Source of the DNA: Lobosporangium transversale
Taxonomy: Eukaryota
Direction of reading: 5' to 3'
DNA length: 64,000 bases
Assembly: GCF_002105155.1 (NCBI RefSeq)
Contig: NW_019028981.1
Coordinates: forward strand, 1,302,001 to 1,366,000
Part shown: piece by piece, positions 1-12,350 of the stretch
Numbering within the stretch: the first letter of the stretch is position 1
Layout: each line of letters starts with the position of its first letter
Notes under the pieces: model-generated
Database searches by the model: none
What the model was told of the DNA's origin: nothing
What the model saw: only the letters and a program-made list of their open reading frames with translations
Translations under genes and position numbers: made by a program

Positions 1-295
1 GAATATTCTATCCAGTTCTGATAATTTGATCTTTGCACAGCAAGAGTAAGTTGATAGAGGAGCTTGTTACTATTCTTTAAGATCACCAGATCGATTTGCG
101 ATTTTGTCGCTCTGAGAAAAGGCAGGATTATTAGCTGTACCATACTATCGCCTAACACTTACCGAAGAGGAACGAGTCCAATGACAGGGAAAAGATGACG
201 CTGGTGTCCCCGTGGTGGCACGCAGCACAAAAAAATCTATTTAAACAGATGGCAATGTCCTTAACAGCCTTTATAGCCTCGTTACAAAAAAAAAA

Positions 296-1236
296 ATGTC
301 CTCATCCTCTGAGACCCTCGCCATCTTTGGAGCCACTGGTCAACAAGGAGGATCTGTTATTAACTATGTCCTCAATCATCCGGAGCTGTCCAAGCAATTC
401 GTGATTCGAGCTGTGACTCGCAATCCCTCCAAACCAGCCGCCCAAGTCTTGCAACAGCAAGGTGTTGAGGTCGTCAAAGGAGATCTGTATGATAAAGATC
501 GCTCAAGCATGCTCTCAGAGGTGTGCACACTATCTTTGGCCTAACTTTCACGAGTTTTGACGACAGCCTCTATGCTAAAGAAATCATTCAAGGCAAGAAT
601 TTAGCGGACGCAGCTGTCGCCGTAGCTGTCCAGTATATCATTTTTAGCACTGTGCAGCACGCAGGTGAAGTCTCTAGTGGCAAGCATTCTCACGTCCATG
701 CTTTCAACGCCAAGGCCAACATCGAGAAATACATTCGCTCTCTCCCCATCAAGAGCGCCTTTTTTGGGCCAAGCTTCTTCTATCAAGACTTTGCCAGCAC
801 ATTTTTTGTCCCTCAACGCCAAGACAATGGGACCTTTACGATATTCAATGTAGTCTCTCCTCAGAGCGTATTTGAGTTTTTTGATCCTGTTGCTGACACA
901 GGCAAATTTGTGGGTGCTATTCTTGCAGAACCGGACAAATTTGAAGGTGAAACCTTATATGCAGCAGCAACCTTTTGCTCATTTGAGGAAGCAGCAGAGA
1001 TGATCAGTAAATCGACAGGCAAGACTGTCAAGTATAAGCAGGTATCTGCTGATGAGTTTTATCAAGCCATGCCAGCTCTTAGCAGTATCAACGTTCACCT
1101 TATGCTTTTCGTGGAAGAGTTTGGTTTTTTGGGTCCAAAGGGAAAGGAGCTTGCCGAACGGTCTACCAAGAACATCCATGCGAAATTGACGACATTTGAA
1201 GAGTACCTCCAGAAGAACCCTCTCGATCTTCAGTGA
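296..1236 (+). pseudogene. NmrA/HSCARG-like NAD(P)-binding protein, copy 1 (single frameshift)
   Basis: GATGQQG Rossmann motif and VTRNP. ORFs 296..544 and 523..1236 join into a full paralog if one base is restored near 498 (gataaaga-tcgctc vs gatagagaatcgctc in copies 5/6). Could be a real lesion or a sequencing indel. Confidence 0.8.
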
Positions 1237-3089
1237 GCAATAAAAATGTATGCACGAAATTTGGAACACAAGTGTTCCAGGTTTTTATGGGTACTAAATG
1301 CATGCCACACCATATGATAAGTGTGATTTTAAAACTAGCACCAGGTAGGAAACCAGCACTGATTCTGTAGATGTATTCGAAAAACGGCAAAAACCTCCTA
1401 ATATAAATTGAAGCGCGAATCGACTTCCTTTAAGTAAGGAGTCTCATAGCCAGTTATTGAGAAAAACCTTTTTATTTGCAAATCGAAGAAAACATTTATA
1501 ATTTGTATGGTCACGATGCGAACCATGGAAGCTCAGTGCCAGTTTCCACCTTCTTTGAAGAAATAAATTAAATGCATGCAGGAGGCTTGTATCCATTCTG
1601 GCAAATCTTTTAGGGGTGTCCCATTGGTATAAAGGCTAATAAATGTCAACAATACCTTGTTTTCTCCTTTTTCCTTACATCATTGTCTAATAGCGAGCCC
1701 TCATCGAATCCTTCATCAAAAACAGAATATTTCCAGATGGTTTGCGGGGTACAGTGTGCTTTTTACCACACATTGGCTCTTTTTTCTTTTAATGCTTTAC
1801 ACCTGTTTAAGCCCTGGTAGGTTTCTACAAGCGATTTTATAACCATGCATCAACAACGGTTATAAAATTATAAAACTATAAAACCTCGCTTGCAAGCGTC
1901 GAAAGCTCCAATATGTTTTTGAAGCTACTATTGCAAGCAGCTATAGGGAGCCTAGCTTGATTAATACATTTGAAATGCGCTTGTCAGAGGGTTGACCTAT
2001 TTCAAACGTACAGATGGACATTTCATTTGCTTCTCTCAAATAACCAAAAAAAATGTCTAAGTTTGAAACCCCTAATAATATTTGATAACCGTAACGTGCA
2101 TAAGCAATGCATGACTAACGCAGAACGTTATGGAGCAACTTATAGCTAAACAGGTTTGCTGGATTGATTAGTCAATCCAGCTCAACGATGTACTATTATA
2201 AGGAAAGGCAGAGCTATGAGGAATGATTCAATGCTTACTGCATGTAAACAGCCTCGACCCAAACCCTGCTAAAAACATCTTACCAAGGACCTTTAGTAAT
2301 CCTACACATGCCCAATTGCACGTTCCCTGCTTTACGAAGACGACAATGAGTGTCTCATGTTTATTATCCGAATTAGCGACCTGTTCTGTCCCACCTCTTT
2401 TCTCCCCTCGTGGTTTTTTGCTTTCTTATCTTTCCCATCGAAAGGTGTAGACCAGAGACAGCTGTGGCTGGGATTCATTTTTCTTTGTTTCTATGGTTTT
2501 AGTTGGATCCCCAAGTGGAAAGTAAAGAGAGATAACGCAGTAAGAGTTGCTGTTCTTGGTTCGTGGTAGATATATCTGGCAACCATCGATCTAATACGAA
2601 AGGAAATAATTCGCGAAGAGCGTTTCATCTATGAATGGGCTCTGACTTTTTTTCAGTCGTGGTTCATATTGTTTTAGTCACGTGTAGAGGGTTCGCCACC
2701 AACTATTTAACGAGCAACAGCTCAGGAAAATCCGGCTCCTTGTTCCTTATTTTTACACAAGAGCCATTTGAGTACTGACTGTTCTCGTCCAGTCTTAGAG
2801 TAGTGTGTGTGTTCTTTTATTGTGTTAGAATTATTTTATCTATCTGCAGCTGGAAGTGACCGGCTTCATAATCCACCAAAACGACCGCATCTGCCCCTAA
2901 ATTTTGCAACAATATGATGCACTCAGCATGTGCACCGCACTGAAATAAAATAAAAAATAAAAAATAAAATCTAGATATCTACCTACGTTTATCGTTTTCC
3001 TTCTCAATTAAATAGCGCCTACAAGTTGCACTATCTACATGTACCTTATTAATAAAAACAATATTCTGTGATCTCATCACCCCCAAAGA

Positions 3090-4034
3090 ATGAAGCTAGC
3101 GCCTAAAATATTGGTAGTATTTGGAGCTACTGGTCGACAAGGAGGATCTGTCGTCAACTATGTCCTCAATCATCCAGAACTATCCAGGCAATACAAGATT
3201 CGAGCAGTTACACGCGTCCCACCCAAACCAGCCGCGCAAGCCTTGCAGGAACGAGGAGTCGAGGTTGTCAAAGCGGATCTATTTGACAAAAAGTCGATCG
3301 ACGCTGCTCTCAGTGGTGCCCATACTGTCTTTGCGAATATTGCCACCAGCTTTGATGAGAGTGTCTATCCTAAAGAAATGCTTCAAGGCAAGAATTTAGC
3401 GGATGCGGCCGTCGCCGCAGGAGTCCAGTATATCATCTATAGTACTTTACCACATACACGCGAAGTCAGCGATGGCAAACATGCTCATGCGGATGCTTTT
3501 AACGTCAAAGCCGACATTGAGGGGTACATTCGGTCTCTCCCCATCAAGAGCGCCATTTTCGCACCAAGCATGTTTTATCAAGACTTTTATCAAATGTTTT
3601 TTGTTCCTAAACGCCAAGATGACGGGACCTTTACCATATTCAGTGTTGTCTCTCCCGACAGTGGGATTTATTGTTTTGATGTTGTTGGTGACACAGGCAA
3701 GTTTGTGGGCGCTATTCTCGCAGAACCGGACAAGTTTAAGGGTAAAACCTTGTGTGCAGGAGCAGACTTTTGTACGCATGAGGAAATAGCAGAGATGATC
3801 AGTAAAGCGACAGGCAAGACGGTTAGGTACAAGCAAGTGTCTGTGGATGAGTTTGATCATATCATACCAAGCACTCATAGCAGAATTACCGCTGACGTTA
3901 TGCTTTTCCTGGAGGAACACGGCTACTTTGGTCCAGAGGCGAAGGAGCGTGTCGCTTGGTCTACCAATCACATCCATGATAAGCTAACCACATTTGAAGA
4001 GTTCCTCCAGAAGAACCCTCTTCATCTGGAATGA
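3090..4034 (+). CDS. NmrA/HSCARG-like NAD(P)-binding protein, copy 2
   Basis: Intact intronless 314-aa ORF with GATGRQG, GKNLADAAVAAGV, DTGKFVGAIL and a KLTTFEEFL C-terminus, typical of the NmrA-like atypical SDR family. Confidence 0.92.
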   Translation: MKLAPKILVVFGATGRQGGSVVNYVLNHPELSRQYKIRAVTRVPPKPAAQALQERGVEVVKADLFDKKSIDAALSGAHTVFANIATSFDESVYPKEMLQGKNLADAAVAAGVQYIIYSTLPHTREVSDGKHAHADAFNVKADIEGYIRSLPIKSAIFAPSMFYQDFYQMFFVPKRQDDGTFTIFSVVSPDSGIYCFDVVGDTGKFVGAILAEPDKFKGKTLCAGADFCTHEEIAEMISKATGKTVRYKQVSVDEFDHIIPSTHSRITADVMLFLEEHGYFGPEAKERVAWSTNHIHDKLTTFEEFLQKNPLHLE

Positions 4035-4943
4035 GCATTCATGAGAAAATCCATTGATGTGTGTTCAAAACAAACTTCTCAGGATACAAATAGTATAAGC
4101 GAGTTCCAGTGCTGGTGAGATTCAAGTTAAGCATAAGCCCCAGATGGTGGATACATATTTTCAGACGAGTAAAATATGCATAGGTTCGAATGGCTTGCAA
4201 GCTGATAGTTTATTACTATTCTTCAACACTTATTAGTAATATGAACAGAAAAGCATACTATTCAAGGAAGCTGACCTTCGATATATCATCGTCCATTCTC
4301 AAAACGAAGATATAGATCATGCTTATTTATTCTGTAGCTTCAACCATCTAAATGGGGAAAAATATAAACCTATGCAATGCATAACTAAGATAGTAAACTA
4401 ACAATGTTTTAGCCTATTCAGATTTTCCAAAGCGATTAGGCATTATCAGCTCTACGATGCTGTCACTATAAGGAAAAGCAGTATCGTGAGGAAAGATCTG
4501 TTAATTGTCATATTGTCACAAAGGCCTGCCGCCTATGAGGTAAAAAAAATAAAAAGCAGAATATGAGGTCACTCTGTTTATGTCCGATTGAAAACTCCCT
4601 GAATTCGATGCTCACTGATCTGACGCGGACAAAAAAAAAAATAAAAATCAGCGGGAGCTTTACATCCCTGAATGTGGTTCTGACTTTTTGCATTTGTCAT
4701 GCGCCTTGACATGTCCTCCAACTCGTTTGGTCAGTGATTCATATATTTTCTATTCAAAAAACGATGATTGAATTGATTTGGTGGCTGATTTTGACATTTC
4801 ACCCTCCGTGACGAACTGGTCCCAAGGAATATAATTGGCTCCCAATTCAATCAAAAAATATGTGAATCGCTGACCAAATGGGACGGAGTATACTGTATCA
4901 ATGGTGAGAGGTGTGCACTGCACTGAAAAAAAAGAAAAAAAAA

Positions 4944-4959
4944 TATTTAAACAGATGCC
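4944..4959 (+). promoter_or_regulatory. Conserved TATA-like core promoter motif of the NmrA-like paralogs (TATTTAAAyrGrTGcC)
   Basis: Same motif at 238, 4944, 7556, 14500 and 17244, each 58-155 bp upstream of a paralog ATG. Confidence 0.55.
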
Positions 4960-5056
4960 AGTGTTCACCACTTTCCCCTTCACAACTCAAGTTTTCCAAT
5001 ACTTTTATAGCTCTATCGCCTTCTCAAAAAAAAAAATAAAAAATAAAAAATAAAAA

Positions 5057-5998
5057 ATGAAGCCATCACCTAAAATCCTCGCCGTATTTGGAGCTACTGG
5101 TCGGCAAGGAGGATCTGTTGTCGACTATGTCCTCAGCCATCCAGAGCTATCCAAGCAATTCAAGATCCGAGCTGTGACGCGCGTCCCTTCAAAGCCAGCT
5201 GCTCAAGCCTTGCAGGAGCGAGGAGTCGAGGTCGTTAAAGGAGATCTGTTTGATAAAGAGTCGATCGATGCTGCTCTCAGAGGGGCACATACTGTCTTTG
5301 GGATTATCCCAACGAATTTTGATGACAGCGTCTGTACTAAAGAAGCCATTCAAGGCAAGGTGTTGGTAGACGCAGTCGTCACTGCAGGCGTCCAGTATAT
5401 CATCTTTAGCACTTTACGGCATGCACATGATACCTCCAATGGCAAACATACTGACGCCCATGCTCTCAACGCCAAAGGCGAGGTTGAGAAATACATCCGC
5501 TCTCTCCCCATCAAGAGCGCCTTTTTCGCACCAAGCATATTTTATCAAGACTTTTCCAACATCTTCTTTGTTCCTAAACTTCAAAGCGATGGAACCTTCA
5601 CGATATTTGGTGTGAACTCTCCTCAGGGTGTGTTTGAGTTTTTCGATGTTAGAGACACAGGCAAATTTGTGGGTGCTATCCTTGCAGAGCCGGAGAAGTT
5701 TGAGGGCAAAACCTTGTGTGCAGCAGCAACACTGTGCTCTTTTGAAGAAGCAGCAGAGATGATCAGTAGAGCAACAGGCAAGACTGTCAAGTATAAGCAG
5801 CTATCTGTGGATGAGTTTGATCGTGTTATGCCAACGACTCACAGCAGAATCACCGCCTACAGTATGCTTTACTTGGAGGAATTCGGCTTCTTTGGTCCAG
5901 AAGGAAAGGAGCTTATTGAATGGTCAACCAAAAATATACATGACAAGTTAACCACGCTTGAAGAGTTCCTTCAAAAGGACCCTCCCCATCTGCAGTGA
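5057..5998 (+). CDS. NmrA/HSCARG-like NAD(P)-binding protein, copy 3
   Basis: Intact 313-aa ORF with the same motifs. Confidence 0.92.
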   Translation: MKPSPKILAVFGATGRQGGSVVDYVLSHPELSKQFKIRAVTRVPSKPAAQALQERGVEVVKGDLFDKESIDAALRGAHTVFGIIPTNFDDSVCTKEAIQGKVLVDAVVTAGVQYIIFSTLRHAHDTSNGKHTDAHALNAKGEVEKYIRSLPIKSAFFAPSIFYQDFSNIFFVPKLQSDGTFTIFGVNSPQGVFEFFDVRDTGKFVGAILAEPEKFEGKTLCAAATLCSFEEAAEMISRATGKTVKYKQLSVDEFDRVMPTTHSRITAYSMLYLEEFGFFGPEGKELIEWSTKNIHDKLTTLEEFLQKDPPHLQ

Positions 5999-7668
5999 TC
6001 TATCAATATGTGCAATCAAAGTGACCAAAATAAAGAGACTGAGCCAATGATATACTGCTTCTATTGAATAATTTGTCCATGTCTATGAAGTGAATCACTG
6101 ATGTGTATTCAAAACAAAGTTCGCGGGATACAAGCAGCATAAAAAGTGCAGTAAACCTCTGGGCCATATGAAGCGCGAGCTCTAGTGCTACTGATCCAAT
6201 GTAAATAAAGCTCAAGCTACAGTGAGCGAGGGCTTTCTAGAAGAATAGAAATAGTGTCTGCGGCAGAGAGTCATCGACAAATATTTTTTAAAATCTGTCG
6301 ATGGATCAAAAACACTAATTGTCTGAATTGAGAGTATTTATCCAATTTAAAAATCTTGAAAACATTTTTGTTGACAACTTTCTGGTAAGGACTACTCTAT
6401 GCATAACCTGAAATGACTTTCGAGATGAAATGAAGGATTATATATTATATACTATTCCTCTATCTTTGATGAATAAAAAAAAAAGTTGACTTTAAGTATC
6501 TGTTTCTATTATTTTTATTTTTATTATCATTTTTGTTTCTATATTCATCCTTATACTCATTTTTATTTTATCTCAATTTTTATTTTTGTTTTTCTTTTTG
6601 CAAAATTGATCAGAGCAACAGAACAGCCGTCTTCTACGTACCCCTTCGTTTTATACTTGCTGAAAGAGTTGGCCTTTAGCTACAATACATAGGTCGGCTA
6701 CAGGGGATCCGTCATGAAACGAGGTTTTAAGCTCCCAGTGTCATTTTTTTTGGCATAGTCTCCGCCCCTTTTTTAGAATGCAACGTACTCATGCATACGG
6801 CGGAGCATTTCACACTTTTTCTCAGAGTCTAGGGATTTCCAAGCGTTCATTGGATTCACCATTGGATATAAAATACTTCGGGGGACTTTTAGTGGGCTTT
6901 TCACCACACAACCGCCTATTCTTCTTGAGTACTTGATACTTATTTTAAAATGGGGAGCTCAGATAGTTTCAAAGAGCTGAATTTATGTTCATGCAACAAC
7001 CACCATCATCAGCTCTCGCTTTCAAGTGTTGAAAGCAGCAAGAGGCTTTTGAAATAAGTAAGGAGAAAATGTGATGGGGATTTTACTCAGGACTGCCGCA
7101 CTTCTCAAGATGGGTTGGAGTGGATCCATGGCTCTGGTAGGCATAATCTAGTTGGGCCCGAGGTACATGCACCTTCTTTTGAAAGGGCACTTTTTTGCGT
7201 CTTTTTTTTCTTTCTTCAGGCAGGTCCATTTAGAAGGTCCTTCACCCTTTATGAATGTATGCAACACATTACTAAGATAGTAAGCTGACGGAGTTTTTAG
7301 CCTATTAAGGTTTTCCAAAGCGATTAGGAAAAGCAGTATTGTGAGGAAAGATTTTTTAATTGTCACATTGTCACACAAGCCTTGCTACCGCCTTATGAGG
7401 TCTTTATGTCTTATTGAAAACTCTGGACAAAAAAAATAAAAATCAGCGGAAGCTTTACATGAATGTGATTCTGACTTTTTGCATTTGTCATGCGCCTTGA
7501 CATACTGTATCAATGGTGAGAGGTGTGCACTGCACTGAAAAAAAAGAAAAAAAAATATTTAAACAGATGCCAGTGTTCACCTCTTTCCCCTTCACAACTC
7601 AAGTTTTCCAATACTTTTATAGCTCTATCGCCTTCTCAAAAAAAAAAATAAAAAATAAAAAATAAAAA

Positions 7669-8610
7669 ATGAAGCCATCACCTAAAATCCTCGCCGTATT
7701 TGGAGCTACTGGTCGGCAAGGAGGATCTGTTGTCGACTATGTCCTCAGCCATCCAGAGCTATCCAAGCAATTCAAGATCCGAGCTGTGACGCGCGTCCCT
7801 TCAAAGCCAGCTGCTCAAGCCTTGCAGGAGCGAGGAGTCGAGGTCGTTAAAGGAGATCTGTTTGATAAAGAGTCGATCGATGCTGCTCTCAGAGGGGCAC
7901 ATACTGTCTTTGGGATTATCCCAACGAATTTTGATGATAGCTTATATGTTGTAGAAGATCTTCTAGGCAAGATGTTAGCAGATGCAGTCGTCGCCTCTGG
8001 CGCCCAGTATTTTATTTTCAGCACTTTATGGCATGCACATGATACCTCCAATGGCAAACATACTGACGCCCATGCTTTCAACGCTAAAGGCGACATTGAG
8101 AAATACATCCGCTCTCTCCCCATCAAGAGCGCCTTTTTTGCGCCGAGCGTCTTTTATCAAGACTTTTCCAACATCTTCTTTGTTCCTAAACGCCAAGATG
8201 ATGGAACCTTTGCGATATTCAGTGTGACCTCTCCTCAGAGTGTGTTTGAGTTTTTCGATGTTAGAGACACAGGCAAATTTGTGGGTGCTATCCTTGCAGA
8301 GCCGGAGAAGTTTGAGGGCAAAACCTTGTGTGCAGCAGCAACACTGTGCTCTTTTGAAGAAGCAGCAGAGATGATCAGTAGAGCAACAGGCAAGACTGTC
8401 AAGTATAAGCAGCTATCTGTGGATGAGTTTGATCGTGTTATGCCAACGACTCACAGCAGAACCACCGCTTACGGCATGCTTTACTTGGAGGAATTCGGCT
8501 TCTTTGGTCCAGAAGGAAAGGAGCTTATTGAATGGTCAACCAAAAATATACATGACAAGTTAACCACGCTTGAAGAGTTCCTTCAAAAGGGCCCTCCCTA
8601 TCTGCAGTGA
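7669..8610 (+). CDS. NmrA/HSCARG-like NAD(P)-binding protein, copy 4
   Basis: Intact 313-aa ORF. Nearly identical to copy 3 at both ends and in ~170 bp upstream. Confidence 0.92.
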   Translation: MKPSPKILAVFGATGRQGGSVVDYVLSHPELSKQFKIRAVTRVPSKPAAQALQERGVEVVKGDLFDKESIDAALRGAHTVFGIIPTNFDDSLYVVEDLLGKMLADAVVASGAQYFIFSTLWHAHDTSNGKHTDAHAFNAKGDIEKYIRSLPIKSAFFAPSVFYQDFSNIFFVPKRQDDGTFAIFSVTSPQSVFEFFDVRDTGKFVGAILAEPEKFEGKTLCAAATLCSFEEAAEMISRATGKTVKYKQLSVDEFDRVMPTTHSRTTAYGMLYLEEFGFFGPEGKELIEWSTKNIHDKLTTLEEFLQKGPPYLQ

Positions 8611-10089
8611 TCTATCAATATGTGCAATCAAAGCACTCAAGATAAAGAAGTCGAGCCAATGATATACTATGTCCTTGAAATGAATCATTGGTGTATGCTC
8701 AAAGCAAGTTTATGTAGCAAGAGTACGTCCTTTCTAAATGAGTAAAACATGCATAAATTCAAATGGTTCATCTTCCCAAGATCAAATGAAGGGGTTGTTT
8801 AATACTCTTCTATGGTTGCATAAAAAAGAGTTGACTATTAGGTTCATGCATCCCCTTTTTTTCTTCTAGCAAATAAACAAATTGAATGGAGCAACAAAAC
8901 AGCCATCCACGATGTTACTCTTTCGTTTTTGCTTGCTGAAATATCTGATCTTAAGCTACAAAGCATAGGCACTTTCAGGGTGGTCCGAGTTTTTAAGTCC
9001 TTGCCAGAAAGTCAATATTTTCATTGAATAAAGTAATTCAAATTTTAATTCAGTTTATGACTTTTAGGCGAGGAGTCGATATCTTTTTTTTTTTTTTATT
9101 TTTTTTATTTTTTTCCCAGACCAAACCCATTGCTGCATGTTCTTATACAGTAAGATCTTGAAAGCCTTTTACATATCGATAGTGCGCTTTTCCCACGACT
9201 CAGGGACTTTCAAACAGAGAAAAGTACCATTGTTCCCCTAATCAGCTGCTTAATATCAAGCACTCATCAGTTTCCTTTTTTTTTTTCCCTTGTATACCTG
9301 ATAATTATTTTTACTTGCCAAGCTCTGCTAGTTTCCTAGAAGCGGCAAGTATGTTCATGCATCAACTACGATTATAAACCCTCGCAGGAAGCAGCCTTAG
9401 GCTTTTGGTGCCACTATTGGAAGCGGTTATGGGGAGTTCAATTCATTCATTACGCGCGTGGAGAGCCTTCCCCTTGATCGGCTTGGCTGCCATGCTTCAA
9501 GACCTGCTGACACCTATCATTGGAATTTCGTGTATACTAACATGCGGTCTCGCACATTCCTTTGGGTTTGAGTTTGGGACACCATTTTGCTGTGCAAATG
9601 TTTCTTTCAAAGACGATCTAAGCAAGGATATGATGTAGTCTATCCAGTTGTGGCAATCTGTTTAAGAAATGAGCTCAAATGAATCTTTGAATCATGTCAA
9701 AACAGTTTCCTTTGAAGTGAGCTTTTCTTGCTCTCAGGTGTTTTCTTTTCAGCATACTAATGAACTTTGATGATCCTCAGCACGAAAAACGAGAAAATAC
9801 AGCCAGAAAGTTGACGACTAATATTTTAAAATACTTCCTTTGATTGTATATCTATGCAAGTATGCCCAGATCGCATAGGGATTGCGAAGGTTGGAATTAT
9901 AGGCAGCACTACGAGGAGTGATGGTAAACTTATCACATTGTTCCGGAAAAAGTAGCCTTCTCCTTACGCTCATTTGTCTTTTTAGTTAGATAAACAATTA
10001 CACAAACTCAAGTCATATCATTGGGGTATTGCTTTGCGGATGAAAGGCTGTATTGAGGTGAAAGCGGGGTTTGTTATGAATCTCCTGTA

Positions 10090-10231
10090 CACCAAAATTT
10101 TGTTTATGCGGACGATTTACTAAGGAAAACGTCTGTATATTTTTAAGGTTCCAATGAATTGGGGAAGTATTCTTAACTGTACAAAATATGTAGGCACATG
10201 TGACATTGCATTCACGGGTCCCCATAAATGC
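10090..10231 (+). repeat. Left terminal inverted repeat (~142 bp)
   Basis: Manual alignment to the reverse complement of 14289-14429 shows about 8 substitutions and 3 single-base indels. Confidence 0.92.
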
Positions 10232-10326
10232 ACATTCCCCGGACGAAAGCTTGGACAAAAGGCCGGACGCAATTACACTTACTCATCTCTTCATTACTTT
10301 CGCAATCAAGATTTCATTTTATCGAA

Positions 10327-12213
10327 ATGGCAATTTCAAAGCGCTCCGCAGCATCGGTCCCCAAGAATCAATTGCCAAAGAAGAAATATACAATGTCCGA
10401 GATAAAGTCAGCTGAAAAATTGCGGAAGGACAGGTACAACGACCTTTTAAACTGTGCAAGGGATCGCAATATGACAATTCCACTTATTCTGCCTACAGCT
10501 GACAACCATGGCACTCCAATGGCAAAGGTGTGTCTGACTCTAAAGAAAAAAGTAGAGCTCCTTGATATATATGATTATCTCTTGCTCCGACGAAAGGATA
10601 TTAAACAAAAAGTCTCCTTAAAAAATTTCGGCAACCTCATTGGATATGACATTCCGAAGAGTAGTTTTCACGATATCGTCAAAAAAAAAGATGAACTTCG
10701 AGCACAGGCTCCATTGTATCCAGAGGGTGCGTGTTATATCGTTCAGCGAAAGAATCTACAGCTTGAGACAGTGCTTTTAAAATGGCTAGAGGATCAGCGT
10801 ACACGACTCAATCCAATTAACAAAAGGATGATACAAGATGCGGCGAAAACCACTTATGTTATCCTCGCTGGCCTGAAAGATCCTGAAGGTGACCCGAGCA
10901 CCAGCGGCATGATGCCTTCTTTTTCAGTTTCCTGGTTTAATGCTTTCAAGAAGCGTCACAACATAACGTATTGTCAGTTACGGGGAGAAGCAGGATCGGT
11001 TGACCTTGAAGCGATTGAGCCTGAGCTCGTGGCCATCCGGAGTCTCTGTTCCCAATACACACCTGACAACATATATAACTGTGATGAGACAGGATTCTAT
11101 CTCAAGGAGTTGGACCACAAGTCCTACACAACGCAGGTCTCGGAGGCTGGAGTCAAGGCAAATAAGAATTGTCGTGTTACTATCCTCTTTTGCATCAATG
11201 CTTCTGGCACTTCGCTCCTCAAGGCAGAGTCCATGGATGCATTGAAGCCACTCGTTATTGGTAAGGAGTTTAACATTTTATTGAAGGTATATTTAGGCGT
11301 TGACTTGAAATACTATATATTAAATATCATATTTCATATATTAGGTAAAAACATCGCCCAAGGTATTGACATCGAGTCAGGAAAAAAAATGATTGTGAGA
11401 AAATCTGAATCAGGGTGGATGACAAACAATATCTTCGTGAATTGGTTGAAAACATTCGATGATCAGCTTACAGAGCCAAGCTTACTTCTTCTGGACTCTG
11501 CTCCACAGCACAACAATATTGATATGCGCAATCCTTCCACCAATGAACCGTGGAAGCATCTCCGCATTCAACGACTCCCGGTGAACTCGACATCTGTTAC
11601 TCAGCCCCTTGATGCAGGCGTTATCAGTGTGTTCAAGCGAGCATTTCTAGAGATACTTACCCACGAGTCACATCTCGTCCGAACATTTGATATGACGAAG
11701 GCTATCTCTAATGGACACGCGTGGTCGATAATCCCATCAGCATGGAACTCCGTTAAAGCGATGACACTAAGGAATTGCTTTGCTAAAACCCCAGTCCTTC
11801 CCGAAGAGATGCGAAAGCACATCAGAGCCATGTCAAGTACCAGTGCAGAGCGATGCCACGAGGTCCAGTACACGCGAAGTCACCTCTATAAGGAGCAGGA
11901 AAGGGCGTACTTCGAGCATTTGATCGCATCAGTGAGTAAAGGGAATGAGTGGGTGCTGGATCGCATTGCGGAGAAAGATGTGCAGGATATTTTGGAAGAG
12001 GAACATGGGTCATGCACTTCTACGGATGGTAACTCTCATGAAATTGTCAATGGAAACTATGAAGCCACTCCACTCTCTATAAACAGTAGTCCGATATCGA
12101 AGGAGTCATTCCACAATTCGATCGATTTATTGACCAAATTGTCTAACGGGCATGATATAAGCAGTCCTGAAGGGATGGAGGCCATATTTGAAAATACAAA
12201 AAAAACAGCATGA
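10327..12213 (+). CDS. pogo/Tigger/CENP-B-like DDD transposase
   Basis: CENP-B-type HTH (LETVLLKWL...FSVSWFNAFKKRHNI), LRGEAGSVD, and catalytic motifs IYNCDETG, LLLDSAPQH and QPLDAGVI. Probable in-frame intron 11261-11344. The ORF is open from 10228, but the ATG at 10327 lies outside the TIR. Confidence 0.92.
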   Translation: MAISKRSAASVPKNQLPKKKYTMSEIKSAEKLRKDRYNDLLNCARDRNMTIPLILPTADNHGTPMAKVCLTLKKKVELLDIYDYLLLRRKDIKQKVSLKNFGNLIGYDIPKSSFHDIVKKKDELRAQAPLYPEGACYIVQRKNLQLETVLLKWLEDQRTRLNPINKRMIQDAAKTTYVILAGLKDPEGDPSTSGMMPSFSVSWFNAFKKRHNITYCQLRGEAGSVDLEAIEPELVAIRSLCSQYTPDNIYNCDETGFYLKELDHKSYTTQVSEAGVKANKNCRVTILFCINASGTSLLKAESMDALKPLVIGKEFNILLKVYLGVDLKYYILNIIFHILGKNIAQGIDIESGKKMIVRKSESGWMTNNIFVNWLKTFDDQLTEPSLLLLDSAPQHNNIDMRNPSTNEPWKHLRIQRLPVNSTSVTQPLDAGVISVFKRAFLEILTHESHLVRTFDMTKAISNGHAWSIIPSAWNSVKAMTLRNCFAKTPVLPEEMRKHIRAMSSTSAERCHEVQYTRSHLYKEQERAYFEHLIASVSKGNEWVLDRIAEKDVQDILEEEHGSCTSTDGNSHEIVNGNYEATPLSINSSPISKESFHNSIDLLTKLSNGHDISSPEGMEAIFENTKKTA

Positions 12214-12350
12214 AAAATGTGCGCCACTTTTTGAGGAGTCTCATAAGAGCTTGTGATAATGTGAATATGGAGCAGACATCTTCATTAAGAGAGACGCAGG
12301 ATGACCCGCAAGACGTATCGACGCTAGAAAATTTCCTGGACAACCCATTT

